Shown here piece after piece: positions 12,362 through 25,102 of a stretch of DNA of 64,000 nucleotides (within the stretch, counting starts at the first letter, position 1; the number at the start of each line of letters is the position of its first letter). The notes beneath the pieces are model-generated. The model was not told the origin of the DNA, made no database searches, and worked only from the letters and a program-made list of their open reading frames with translations. The position numbers and the translations under genes were made by a program. The stretch lies in contig CBFDEM010000032.1 of assembly GCA_965603825.1 (NCBI GenBank), forward strand, positions 372,001 through 436,000, given 5' to 3'. This DNA is from Blepharisma stoltei ATCC 30299 (Eukaryota; Protista; Ciliophora).

Positions 12362-13903
12362 TTATATGCATTCTTCTGTAAGAAGTCCTTGGTATCTATC
12401 CATACCTTCTAGCCTGCCATCATAAACTTTTAAAAATCCAGTCCCTGCTAATATTTTGTCAAAGTCGGCACCATAATTTAAAGCATACTCCAAATCCAGC
12501 GTATCTTTTATCAGTTTGCTTTGAATTCTTCCTTTTTCTTCTGTCGTAGCCATCATAGCGGGACTTCTATTTACTTCTAGAAATCACAGATGCAATTTAG
12601 AATCAAACATAAAATCAACTCCATATAGTTCAAATACTCCAGGATGCCATAAAAACTTTTCTATGTTCATTCTGACCAGATGCAGCATTTTTAATTTCAT
12701 TGTAGGCCTCACATAATCATTTATCCAGTCCCCTTCTACAATCCCTTGTTCTTGCATGTAGCTCAAAAATTGCTGAAAAGTCCACATTTGATCTTTCATT
12801 ACTTCTTCATATTGGTCTTCCGATGCATTTATTTTATCTAGATACTCCTTGACTAATGCTGTATTTGTTATGTGGACGTTTGACTCTGTAGAAGTTTGGT
12901 CATATGTATTCATAGAAACTCTTAAAAAGCCATCATGGTATAAAATAATTAAAGGATCTAGGCTTGCTATTAGCATGTAGACCCTGAAATCAAATTTTCT
13001 CCCCTTAACTAGCAATGGGTCAGGAATATATTTCTGCACAATATATTTCTCTTCCTTTATTCCACACAACTCTCCATTATTATAATTTTCAATCAATTTA
13101 GAAATAGTTTTCCTATTCAGAATTTCTACACCTTCTGCATTATGACTTCCCCTTGCTTTCTTTTTAATCCATTTCACCACATCAGGACTGTTATCGCTTT
13201 TCAAAAAATCCATTACTTCCAAGCATTGCTCTTTGTTGCTTAAATCAAGTGTATAAGGCATAAACTTCCAAGGATCAAAACAATGTGGTCTATCCATATA
13301 ATATTCTCCGTAATTCTTATTATTTTGCGCTTCTTCATCTTTATTTACCATATGTTCATGCCCTGGTATATGGTTATATCTCTGACCAAGACACAAAAAA
13401 TGGACCCCAATTTTATGAAAAAGATGAAATTCCATTGATTTGTGAAAAAACATGGTGATATCAGCTGGCAAGTGCGTTAAAGGTAGCTCCCTTAATGACC
13501 CCATAGTATACTCAGGAAGTGCTAAATACCCTGTTTCTCTAATTACATCTTTTACTAAATTGTTTGAATAGTAATCAGAATACACAACACGAGAAACTTT
13601 ATTTGGCAAGCCTAATTGGTCAAAATTAGCTGGGTGGTTTTGCTGATATTCTGCGAATTTCTTACAATAGGAGTCTTCGTCTATTATTTTGTGATCGTTT
13701 ATATAGAAAGTCGAACGACCTAAGTATTCATCTCAAGCTGGGGACAGTAAATAGGGGAGCTTTTGCGCATTTTCATATCGGATTTTTGTGGAGGAAAACG
13801 AAGAAAATAAGGATCGCTGGAAAGGAAGGGTAGGAGAATAGAGGTAGCAGAGGATAAAACTTGTGGTAAGGACAAAGGATCCAATGTGCTTTAGAGTTAT
13901 CAT
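12362..13903 (-). CDS. Tubulin-tyrosine ligase-like (TTLL) ATP-grasp protein with hydrophobic N-terminus (513 aa)
   Basis: ATG 13903, two TGA=W; motifs YIVQKYIPDPLL, KFDFRVYMLI, HITN, FELYGVDFMFDSKLHLWFLEVN. Confidence 0.88.
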
Positions 13904-14071
13904 TTTATTTATGACCAGAAGTAACGGATATTAATGTAATTAAAATAGTATTATTTTAATATTGTTTAGAGTAATAGCATTGCTATCAGTATATAGGCAA
14001 TTGCCTTTTATATTAGATCTCAATTATTTTACTAAAATAAACGAAGTATTTTTTATTAAAGTGGTTAGTTT

Positions 14072-14908
14072 TTAACTATCTTTGAATTCTGGCTTCTTCT
14101 TGTTCAAAAATGAGCTCATCCCTTCTCTTCTGTCAAAGTATGCAAAAGTTGAATGGAACATTCTTCTCTCATATAAAAGACCAGTTGCCAGTGTTGTCTC
14201 AAATGATTGATTAACACACTCTTTCGCCATCATAACCATCGGTAGCGAATACCCAGCAATTTTCTTAGCCACATTCATAGCTTCTTCTACCAAATTATCC
14301 TCAGCTACAACCCTTGAAACAAGTCCTCTTTGCTGAGCTTCTTGTGCTCCCATAAAGTCTCCAGTCAAAACAAGTTCCATTGCCCTTGATTTTCCAATTG
14401 CTTTTACCAACCTTTGTGTACCACCAGCACCAGGAATGGTCCCAAGCTTGATCTCAGGTTGTCCAAACTGTGCTTTATCCCCAGCCAAAATAATATCACA
14501 CATCATAGCAAGCTCACAGCCGCCTCCTAACGCATAGCCGTTAACAGCTGCAATTGTAGGTTTTCTTGTGGCAGCTACGTTGAACCAATTAGTTAAATAA
14601 TTTTGGGCGAAATTTTCTTGGTAGGTCCTTTCTTCCATTTCTTTGATATCAGCACCTGCTGCAAAGAATTTTTTGCTGCCTGTGATGACTATGGCTCTGA
14701 CTTCTGGGTCTTCATCACATTGCTTGAGTTCAGCACTTAATTCTGTGATAAGCTGAGAACATAGAGAATTCATAGCTTTTGGACGATTCAGAGTAATGAG
14801 GCAAATCTTATCTTTTTTTTCGACTTTAATCATCTCTGGAGCTGTAGAAAAATAACGAATTGCAGAATTGACCCTTAAATTCTTGAGAGCTCGGGATAAG
14901 CAGAGCAT
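14072..14908 (-). CDS. ECHS1: Mitochondrial short-chain enoyl-CoA hydratase
   Basis: LNRPKAMNSL, FAAGADIKEM, GYALGGGCELAMMCD, QPEIKLGTIPGAGGTQRL; Arg-rich targeting peptide from ATG 14908. Confidence 0.95.
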   Translation of the reverse strand: MLCLSRALKNLRVNSAIRYFSTAPEMIKVEKKDKICLITLNRPKAMNSLCSQLITELSAELKQCDEDPEVRAIVITGSKKFFAAGADIKEMEERTYQENFAQNYLTNWFNVAATRKPTIAAVNGYALGGGCELAMMCDIILAGDKAQFGQPEIKLGTIPGAGGTQRLVKAIGKSRAMELVLTGDFMGAQEAQQRGLVSRVVAEDNLVEEAMNVAKKIAGYSLPMVMMAKECVNQSFETTLATGLLYERRMFHSTFAYFDRREGMSSFLNKKKPEFKDS

Positions 14909-15012
14909 ATTTACCAATAGATTATTAAATAGAAAATTTTTTGTATTTGAAAACGTATAAGTAATTGAATGAAATTTGTATGCAGGCTTCTAGTTTTTTT
15001 ATAATTTCTTAA

Positions 15013-16533
15013 ATGGAAACTCGAGGGTACAAATGGTTGCTCAAAGCTTTAGCATGGAAAAAGACACAGTTAAAAGTGCTAGAAACTTATTTGGTACGCC
15101 AGGGAATTGTGGAAGCTAAAATTTATACTGATAGCTTAGGTAGAGTAAAGAGTAAAAAAAATATCGCCTCAGGCCATTTAACAATTTCTGATGCTATGAA
15201 TGATTTTCTAAGCCAACACACTCAATTAATAAGGACTTCGGGGGAAACATTGGCGATAGTGTATCATAGAAACGGAAGATTATTTTTGAGTCGCCAATCA
15301 GTAATGGATTTTATACAAAAACCGAATGGAACACCTTCAGTGTTCGCTGTGCAAAAAATGGAACCGCATTTGGATGACCAGTATGGGATTTACAGCTTAA
15401 GGATTTTTTATCTAAATCATCAGTATGATACAGAGTTTACAATAATTAAAGAAAAATCCAGGAAAAAGGTCAAGGATAAAGTTTCTTTTCAGCAGATTAA
15501 AGATATAGGAATTGTTATACTTAGGACTATTGAAGAGATTGAGAGAAAAAGACTTTTATCACTTGATTTAGAATTCATTAAAGACGAAAACGGAAATTTT
15601 TGACTAGCATTCTGTTCCGATTGTAAAGTTATTGACCCCGAAATTTGTTTAACTAAAGATTTTAGTTCTTTAAAAGACATTGAAGAGTCTACTATAAGCA
15701 AAAATTATTCAAATAATTTTACGTCAGCTGACGAAACACAAGAAAAAATCCCTGAAAATAAATATGTGCTAAAAAGAGGACAGCTTAGAAATGTTGATAG
15801 TAAGCTTTCATCTCCTATTAGAGTTGTTTCACCTAGAGATTCAAGTGATGAAGAAGTCCAAGCAAGTCCCAAAAAAGTCGTATGGTCCAAGTTTCAGCAA
15901 ACTTTAAAAGCAAAAATATTAGCTGCAGCAGTTATAACAAATCTCGCTAAAAAGGTCAGGCAAAAAACAAAAGCTATAACTTCAAGAAGGAAAAAATACA
16001 TTAACAAAACTGACCACAGCATTTTCAATAAAATCATTAAAAGCAGCATAAACGAAACCCAAGAAACTTCACAAGACGAATTAACAGTCAACTCCAATTT
16101 TTTAGAACTTGCGTCAAAAACACAAATAAAAAGCAGGTATAAAGGGCTGAGCTTTAAAATAGGCTTTGAGTTTGAAGATGCTGATATTAAAAAAGAAAAA
16201 CAAAGGATTCTAGCCGCAGTTAAAGAAAATCCGCAAAATCGATCATTAGGAAGACTTAATCAAAGAGAACTGTTTTGGGATCAAGATATTACACCTAGAG
16301 AAAAAAATACAAAAAGTCTTGATGAAAATGGATACTTGAATCCTAAGAAATTCCAGAGCGCCATGACGATGAGAACAAGCATTAGACCCATCCAATCCTA
16401 TAATGAATTGGTGACAAGCTCTGCAAACACACCCTCAATATTAGGAAAAGCACTGAAATCGTCAATGAATAGGGTCATAATTAAATCCCCAAGTTATGAA
16501 GCAATTAAAAACCAGCAAGTCATTCATTATTAG
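15013..16533 (+). CDS. Hypothetical protein with degenerate ATP-grasp-like N-domain and basic disordered tail
   Basis: TGA=W at 15601 joins ORFs 15013-15603 and 15766-16533 in frame (LDLEFIKDENGNFWLAF). Confidence 0.72.
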
Positions 16534-16603
16534 AGGCGACTGTATTTGCCGTGAGTTTATTAATAGAATTTAAATTTAACAACTTATTTTTACGCATATA
16601 TAA

Positions 16604-18937
16604 ATGAATTACGATCTAGCATCAACATGGAGCAAGCTTGAAACTGCTATTGGCAGCGAGCCAATTCTTAGAGAAACTCCAGAAAAAAAGCCAATGCGAC
16701 CTAAAACTGGAAGACCACGAACTGGATCAGGATCATTAAGAAAAAATAGTTCTTTGGTATTTAGCAGTTTGACAAGCCCAAAATCTCAATTTTCACAAAC
16801 CGTCAGAGTAAGGCCTCTAACTGCTCAATCGCCTCGATATTTTAAACACTATGCAGCCCTAAAAATAGAAGGTTTTACTTTAAACGATATAAGGAAAATC
16901 TATCAAGCTAAATGCAATGATATAAATATCCCTGTATTAGTCGATCAAGAAATGAGATTTATCTCATACTGTGAAAAAAACTTTAAAAATCGAATTATAG
17001 ATCTTAGAGACAACGGAATTGGACCCTTAAGTGCTCATGTACTCGGCTCAGTTTTAAAACGTGATGAAAGCTACTGTCAGCTGTTATTAGGGAAGAACGT
17101 TATTGGAGATAAAGGTGCAATTGTTTTAGGCAATTCTTTACAGAAAAATGCATCAATTATTCATATAGATATAAGTAGCAATGACATCAATCCTGAAGGA
17201 GCCAAATCGTTTTTTGACTCTATTGCCAACCACCCTACAATTGTCAGTCTAAATATGTCATCTTCTGAAGGACTGCATAGGAATAGGATTGGAAACACTG
17301 GCTCTGAGCCTTTAAGAAACTTGCTTAAACAAAATAAATCATTGGCGTTTTTAAATGTATCAAGAACTGCTTTAGGACCAGATGGAATCGAATTTATAAT
17401 AGAAGGATTACAAAATAATGAGTCTCTGTTGTCATTAGACATATCAAATAATATGCTAGATGCTAAAAGTATTGAAAATTTGTGTTTCTCCCTAGTCACA
17501 AGCAAAGTCATAGAGCTGAATTTATCTGGAAATAACCTGGGAAGCGCAGGTTGTGACCACTTACAAACAATGCTATGTGGAGGGCTATCTATGGCTTGCT
17601 ATTTACAAAAGTTAGATGTATCTTATAATGAAATTAATTTTAAAGGGCTTGCAAAACTTGCAAATGGCTTAAGAAACAACACAATTTTGAGGACTCTGAA
17701 CTTAGAAGGAAACCCCCTGTGTGGGAATTCTTCAACTGGGGTATTTACTCTTATAGCTGGAAATGTAGCGATTCAAAATTTGAATTTGAATAGTTGCCAA
17801 TTAGGCGATGAAGGGGTAAACAAATTAAGCGAAGCTTTAGACAGCAATAAAGTTCTCTTAAAATTATTTTTAGCTTCAAATGATATTGATGATAATGGTG
17901 GACTTGTTATAGCTGATGGCTTAGAAAAAAATTACACACTTAAGCAGCTAGACCTTTCCAACAACCGAATTCGCAGGAAAGGAGGAATTGCTCTGGCAAA
18001 TGCAATAAAAATCAACATGACGCTTGAAAACTTGAATTTAAAAGAAAATAATATAAAAGATGACGCTGGACAGCTATTCTCAGAACTATCTCGAGTAAAG
18101 CAAAACATTCTTAAACTTTCTTTAGATTTAAACCCTATTGGCTTTAAATATCTTCAAGACATAGAGTGCAATGTCAAAAAAAATCGAACAATTTTTAAGC
18201 AAGGAGTCGCGCCAAAAATTAAAGAAAAAATAAAGAGATTGGCGCTTTCTGATGCACAGATTGACCAGATAAAAGAAGTGATTGAAATAAAAAAAAGAGA
18301 AAGAGATGATATTAACATGGGATTAGAAAAACAAACACAAAGATTCAATAGAATTGAGCAAGAAGAAAAAGCCAAAATCGATACCTTATATACAGAGCTA
18401 GAAGAGAACCGAAACATCAATGTAAAACTGAGTGAAGAGCTAGAAAATCTGCAATTTGAAACAGTCAACGTGAAAAGGAAAGGCGATAAAGAAATCCAAG
18501 AATTAAATGATTTGCTAGCATATGTTGTTGCAGACATGAAAAAGCTAGAAAAGCAACGTAAGTTATAGTCAGGCCAAAGCTCAAGAGAAGATTTTGCATT
18601 AAGAAGAGGACAATTTGAAACTATGAGTGGGCAGCTCAAAGAAACTCAGCAAGTAGTTGATATCGCAAAAAAAAGCGCACAAGGATCTTATGATAACATG
18701 ATGAAAAAGCTAAATGCAATGAAAGAACAACTTCGAAAATTGAAAAATCCTAACGAAGTGATTGAAGAAAGCAAAGTTCCAAAATTAGAGGAAAAGCCAG
18801 CATCTAAAACCCCAGTTATTGCAAACCCTTCCAAAACTCCAAGCAGCTCAAAACCTAAAAAAGAAAAACCTGCCTTTAAGCCTACAAGTGGCACAAAGCA
18901 ATCACCTAAGAAAATCCGTCCAAAAACTGCGAAATAA
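16604..18937 (+). CDS. RNI-like leucine-rich-repeat protein with C-terminal coiled coil
   Basis: Many LxxLxLxxNxIxxxG repeats; intron 18558-18572 joins ORF 18623-18937. Confidence 0.88.
18558..18572 (+). other. 15-nt intron
   Basis: gtaagttatagtcag. Confidence 0.82.
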
Positions 18938-18977
18938 TTTACAATTTTATCATATAATTAACCACTATGTTTATATT

Positions 18978-20297
18978 CTAATCCACTCTGATAATAGACT
19001 CAGCAAACACTTCCTGTATATTTTTCAAAAGCACATTTCTCATAGCATCATCATCACTTTCTATTGTAAAGCTCACAATTTCTAAGTCTCCTCCTCCACT
19101 CTCAATCATCCCAGTTTTAATAATTTTGACTAATTCCACTGGATTTTTATTAGCTTCAGTTTCCGTCCATTCGGGAATTGGGATAATTAGATGCTTAGCA
19201 CCTTGCAAATTTGCATAAATAATGACATCTTTAACCATTGTTATTCTGTTTTCTGGGATATGGAATGCTCCTTCAATGCCTTTTATATTAGAATGCTTAG
19301 TGAAAATAATTTGTTCTCCATTAGAAGAAGATTCAGCGTTATTTATTTGATAGCGAATTGGGGCGAAATGAAGCTCAGGCTTTTCTTCACTACAGCGTAT
19401 AAGCTCAGGGACAATGTGTATAAGTGAATCTTGATAAGAGTAAGGAAGGACTAATGCAGAAATGTATCTTTTATAGACATTTCCTGGGTGAGATATATGG
19501 GTCGATGATTCTTCTATATCTGAGGCACTTTCTGATTCTTGTGATAGAGGATTTTCAAAATAAGAATTATTTTTTATTGGGATTATAGGGATGTCACAGA
19601 TGTCGTCAGACTCAGCAACACCTAAAATAAATTTTCTTTTGGCTTGAGCGCCTATACTTACGGTAATTTCATGGGAAAAAGGCTTGGAATTGGGAATTTC
19701 CAGCTGAAGTATTGGATCGCTCGGAGTATTTTTGCTTAGCTCAGCAATTTCAACATACTTCCAAAATTCTTCTTTCAAGCTTGCTTGAGTTCTCAAAAAC
19801 TCATTTTCAATAGCATCAACTGCTTCTTTATGCACTGAATCAATCTCTTTATGCTCATCTTGTCCAATTCCTGCTAGTTCGTGTGCATATCTATTTTCTT
19901 CGTGTATAAGCAATTTTGTTCTTTTATCTGAACTGTCTTTTAAGCATTTAGCCAGCTCTTTCTCTCTGAGCAATAAACTTGATAATGATGAAGCACTTTC
20001 GAACAATTGTGAATATGATTTCCAATGGTGATTTTCTTGATCATTTCCACTCTTAGGAAAAACTCCTGGGGATGATAAGCTTGCTAGAGGATTTCTCCTC
20101 TCATATAAGAATATATCACTAACTATTCTCATGATGTCTGGAAATATTGCATATGTGATTCCTTCTGATTCAAAAAGTCTGTCTAAAGCTGATTTTATAT
20201 GTTCCCCTTTTTTAAAATAAATCTGTAGCTCTAGCTTAGATCCTGAAGGCCAGTAATAATGTATTGTTATGTCTCCATCTTCTGGGACAAATTCCAT
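18978..20297 (-). CDS. FERRY3: C12orf4/FERRY3-like protein (DUF2362-type)
   Basis: ITVSIGAQAK, ISALVLP, PELHFAP, IIFTKHSNIKGIEGAFHI resemble recalled C12orf4 motifs (FTIHLGAQLK, ELHFP, FYITRHSNL..HV.FHL). Confidence 0.7.
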   Translation of the reverse strand: MEFVPEDGDITIHYYWPSGSKLELQIYFKKGEHIKSALDRLFESEGITYAIFPDIMRIVSDIFLYERRNPLASLSSPGVFPKSGNDQENHHWKSYSQLFESASSLSSLLLREKELAKCLKDSSDKRTKLLIHEENRYAHELAGIGQDEHKEIDSVHKEAVDAIENEFLRTQASLKEEFWKYVEIAELSKNTPSDPILQLEIPNSKPFSHEITVSIGAQAKRKFILGVAESDDICDIPIIPIKNNSYFENPLSQESESASDIEESSTHISHPGNVYKRYISALVLPYSYQDSLIHIVPELIRCSEEKPELHFAPIRYQINNAESSSNGEQIIFTKHSNIKGIEGAFHIPENRITMVKDVIIYANLQGAKHLIIPIPEWTETEANKNPVELVKIIKTGMIESGGGDLEIVSFTIESDDDAMRNVLLKNIQEVFAESIIRVD

Positions 20298-20431
20298 AAT
20301 TTTATAATTTTAGCTGTTTGCTAAATAAATAAAGCCATGCAGCTTGCTATTTTTATAAAAATACTGTAAATTAATAGCGAGAATTATCTCAAAATTTCAT
20401 TAATTTCAATTTTTTATGCATTAAACTTAAA

Positions 20432-21400
20432 ATGACAGAAGACCCACAAGTTGATAGATATGGTTTTGCTGCTCCAAACTTGGTTTCCCTCGGAAATCTA
20501 TCACGTGACAATGCAAGGCTTGAAAAATGAGAGGATATGCTATTGCGATGGGAGTACAACATAACCCGAAGAGCTGATTTCCTAAAAAAGAGGATTCGCA
20601 AAGGAGTCCCAGATTGCTTAAGAGGTAGGGTTTGGTCCGAGCTAGCAGAAATTGAGAAATTTCGGACTCAATATGCAAAGGACTACTACAAAAATTTGTC
20701 AGAAACTGAATGTGAATCAATAGCAGTAAGAGATATTTTACTTGATATTAATCGAACGTTTCCTGGGCATGTTTTATTTAAAAGTAACGGAGATGGCCAA
20801 AAATCACTTTTTCGAGTTCTCAAAGCATTTTCCCTTCACGATCCTGAGCTAGGATATTGCCAAGGTATGGGCTTTGTGACGGCTTTATTTTTAATGTACA
20901 TGAATGAAGAGGACGCTTTTTGGCTACTGGAAGCCTTGATGAAAAAATACAACATGAGAGATTTTTATATGGTAGGTATGCCGGGAATTTATAAAGCGTT
21001 TTACAAAATTAATTCCTTGTTTAAAAATTATTTGCCAACTCTTTGGCGACACTTTATAGGACTCAATATTTACCCATCACTATTTGCATCATCATGGCTA
21101 ATGACACTTTATGTAAATGCCTTTCCTATGGATGTAGCTCTAAGGATACTTGATATTTTTTTTAATGAAGGACCAAAAATTATTTTTAGGGTTTATCTTT
21201 CAGTATTTAAAAATACTAAAGATGAATTGCTAAGACTTGATTGTGATGGTATATTAGACAGAATTAGAACTATCCCTGATAGTTTGATACCAGACTCAGT
21301 GATTAAAAATACATTCAAAATCTCTCTAAGCAGAAAGAAGTTAAAATTCCTAGAAGAGGAGTATGAAAATAGTCCAAATTCGGAATTTATGAATTGGTAA
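20432..21400 (+). CDS. Rab-GAP TBC domain protein
   Basis: ATG 20432, DRYGF, EK(W=TGA 20528)EDM, GVPDCLRGRVW, ILLDINRTFP (Arg finger), YCQGM (Gln finger). Confidence 0.92.
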
Positions 21401-21440
21401 TGTAGAAAATATTTTTTTACCATTAATAGCGTTTTAATAA

Positions 21441-23144
21441 TTAAAATTGGAGACTGGAATTTAATATTCTGCTCCTTTTCGGGTATTTACTGACGTTTTT
21501 AGAAAACTCTGTAAGTAAATAATTTTCTCTAAAAATTTTAACATTTTTAGAGTATGGAGACTTTCTATCATCATTAATGCTAGTTTCTCCTATTGTTGCA
21601 TTTTCGTCTACTGGAGAATGGCTTTCACTGATATTTTCTCTGACATCTCACGTGTTCCTTATATTTGATCGAAGATTTCCTCTTTGATCTAGAAATGGAT
21701 GTGCTGATTCTTTGATTGAGTATAAAAAATCATGAATTCTTGTTTGGTTTTGCTTTTCAGCCTCATCCAAAGAGTTGTCGAACTCGTAGTTTGACTTATT
21801 CATTAATGAGCTGATACTTCTTCTGTACTTGTCTAATGAATCTAATACAATTCTTCCTTTGTCATGAAAGCTTGCCCTTGGCTTTGTACCCGTCATCATT
21901 AATTGCCGCTGAATCATAGTAAATTTTAACTTTACAGATGAAGATTCTTCATTTAGATCTAAACCTTGCAGCCCATATGCCAAATTTAAAAGCTCAGCTT
22001 TAAAAATTGCTTTATAAAATACTTTTTCAAAATCCTCGTAAGTGATATATTTTGACTTATTATTTTGTGAAGAAATCATTATACTTCCTTCATGCTTATT
22101 TGATACAAGTCCTTTTCCAACCATAAATTCGCCTATTTGAATATCAGTGACTTTAAAATATCTCGATTTAATTTCACTCCATCATTTTTTTATCATTCTT
22201 ATATAGTCTTCTATAACACAATAGCACTTTGGGAGCTTTTTCATAGGATTTTCTTCTATTTCTTTATTTTTTCTTAAATATTCATTATCTTCATCACAAT
22301 TTATCATATTCTTTGTATGAAAATCTAAGCTTTTTATCATGATATCAAGTTTTCTATCTTCTCTGAATATACAAATAAAATTTTCCCTATATAGAACTAT
22401 ATCATTCAGACTTTTTCCATCAAAACTTGTAATTAAAATCTACATGTATATTACTTTTTCAAGCATTTCTGCTGTTTCACAGAGCCCCAAAGCTATAAGA
22501 GGGATAATTATTTCGTCGGGACTTAAATGCTTATTATTATCTTCATCTAATGCATCAAATAAGTCTTTTATGAACTCAAAAAAATCCTTATTTTCTGTCC
22601 CAGGTATTACATGCCCATGCTTTTTTATTCATATATCTCTGTCACTAGATTTTACTTTTATTTTCGCATCAATCAAATTTGGTTTATCCTTTAACATTGG
22701 CTGACTTATATCAATTTTTGGCCTATTTATATCATTTTTCAAAGTAAAATTTTCATGTAAATCTTTCATCCCTTCAGACATTCTATGAAAAACCTGTGTT
22801 AAAATTGTATTATCTTTTGAAGACTCCGCTTGCTCTTCTATAGAAACCAAAGCTCGAATTATATGATGGTCTATATCTAGCTTTAGCTTATGATCTTTTT
22901 TTTCAAGGTTTATTGAAGTTGAGTCCATCGTTCTTGATTGCTTTGGAATTAATTTTGCCTTTGAGATTCGCTTTTTTGCTTGTGGCTTTGATATTTTAGG
23001 TAAACGAAAAATTGGCTCAATGGAATCGCTAGTAGAATTAGATTTTCTGTGCCTTGGAATAAGGCTAGGAGTTAAGACCTTTTGGCTTATCGTGGAAAAA
23101 GAACCTAAATATGACTGCAGAGAGCCAACCGGTGAAGAAATCAT
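21441..23144 (-). CDS. EF-hand-containing hypothetical protein
   Basis: Three TGA=W plus intron 22440-22454 give one frame; EF loop DEDNNKHLSPDE. Confidence 0.75.
22440..22454 (-). other. 15-nt intron
   Basis: gtaatatacatgtag on minus strand. Confidence 0.8.
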
Positions 23145-23546
23145 TAATTTTTTTTATTAAGCTGGTAGCAGTATTTAAACGTTATTAAAATAAGTTCAGC
23201 AGTTATTTGCACATACAATAAGGAAAATTTATTATTTGTAGTTAATTTGCTTGATTTTAATAAAAGCATAAATAGTTTTTATCCTTTAAATTTAAATATA
23301 GCATTTTCATATTTAACTTATTTTTAAGAAAGTAACTATTAATTTCAATAAAATTATTTAAAGAATAAATCCAAGAGTATTTGAAGAATAAATCGCATAA
23401 TGCAACAATGCTTGATAATTTGAATTAATTCTCATTTCTTTTCTTATTTATTATAAAGAATAATAAAATTAAACTTTTAGTGAGTAAATAATATTTTCAA
23501 TTGAAAATTTAGAGTATTTATATATTAATATATGATTCATATTTGC

Positions 23547-24693
23547 CTACTTTTCCGAACAATGCTGAAATGTGTCTTTCGGAGTAAAATGAGGGAATAG
23601 GAATTCATTCATATCAAATGGTGGCTGATCGTTCAAAGAATCTTGTCTAATTGCGCCTGAATCTTGTCTCATAGCACCTGAAAATCCCTGACATGAATCA
23701 CTTCTTAAATAGCTTTGGAGTGAGTCGCATCTTATATAGCTTTGAATTGAGTCTGATCGATTATAAGATTGCAGAGAATCTTGATGTGAAATCTACATAG
23801 AAACTTACTAAGCTCTCTGCAGGTATAGGATTCAAAAAGAGATCCCAATTAAACACTGATGGAATTTCCTCAACCGGTTTTGGGATATTGTTTTGCTGTG
23901 CCATGTAAAAATTATTCATCAAAGGAGACTCAAAAATACTAGTAGCTTCTGATATCTCCTGTTGTGGGATTGGCGTGGAATTGGATATGGTTATCTCTGG
24001 CCTGGGCTTAGATTTTGGTTTGGTCTGTGGAGGAGGAAGAGGGGAAGGGTTTTCCTTCTGCGTTTCATAAAGAGAATACAGAATTGACGAGCCTTCATCG
24101 TCAGCAGATTTTACTTCTTTACCCTCTGGCTTAACTTCTTTAATAGCTTGCAATCTTGAAGATTTTCGCCTGCATAAATTTTACAAATTTTGCTCGACTT
24201 CTGGCTTAGCTTTTTTACGATCCGAAGGAATCATTAAGAGACTCACAACATCTGGCTTTTGGATCAGTTCGGAAATAGAGCCACTAATTCTTTGATTTTC
24301 AGGGACTTTTCGATTATAACGCCTTAAATTTCTTCGAATGGTGCTATAAAAATAGTTTTTTATGGCGTTTTCTGTTCTCCCTGGAAGAAAAGTGGCGATT
24401 TTCGACCAACAATTTCCATGAAGTTTTTGGCTTTCAAAAAGTGTCTTTTCCTCTTCAACGGTCCACCAACCAATTTTTATCTCAGGATCCAAGTGGTTAA
24501 ACCATCTCTCTCTGCATTGCTTGCCAGATCTATATAAGGATTACTTTCCTCTAATCCCGTATCTGTCGCTTAAAGCTTTGGTAATTTGAGTTCAATGCTT
24601 AAGTCCAAACTCTTTAACAAGAGCAGCAATGGCGTCGTCTGCCTACATAGATCGCACCTCTTGAGACCATAACTCTCGATCATATTTCGGCAT
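23547..24693 (-). CDS. R2R3-type Myb transcription factor (4 introns)
   Basis: WSQEADDAI..LVKEFGLKH(W=TGA)TQI..KSGKQCRERWFNHLDP..WTVEEE..HGNCWSKIA..PGRTENAIKNYFYS. Confidence 0.9.
23793..23808 (-). other. 16-nt intron
   Basis: gtaagtttctatgtag; removal opens a last exon of 81 codons plus stop, containing RxDS repeats. Confidence 0.75.
24170..24184 (-). other. 15-nt intron
   Basis: gtaaaatttatgcag. Confidence 0.85.
24530..24544 (-). other. 15-nt intron
   Basis: gtaatccttatatag, inside Myb repeat (GK|SGKQC). Confidence 0.9.
24643..24657 (-). other. 15-nt intron with atypical GTGCG donor
   Basis: gtgcgatctatgtag; needed for correct Myb repeat spacing. Confidence 0.8.
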
Positions 24694-25102
24694 ATTTAGA
24701 GATTATTTGTAATATAAATTTTGTAACCTATTTCTTAATGGTTCTTATTATGGTGAGAAAATATTTGTTTCAGGTTTCACTTCGCTCTTTATAAGAAATA
24801 TGATGAGAATTAATAATAATAAAGCGGTGGCGGGCTAAAATTTAAAGGATCCATAAGAATGCAGAGTTTTTGAAAAATTGTTATACTCTGGTCTTTGCTT
24901 TATTCAGCTTTGCAGGCTCAACTATTAAAGAAAATGGTCGACAAATAGAATAAAGCTGTAATAAGTGCTTATCTCATATGGTATTTAGTCTTAACTTTTA
25001 ATTAAGAAGATGAAAGATAGCCACATCAAGAAATCTACTGATCAAATAAATAAAAAATAATTTTAAAAGATATTTGAAACTCTATAGGATTTGTGTAAAG
25101 AA

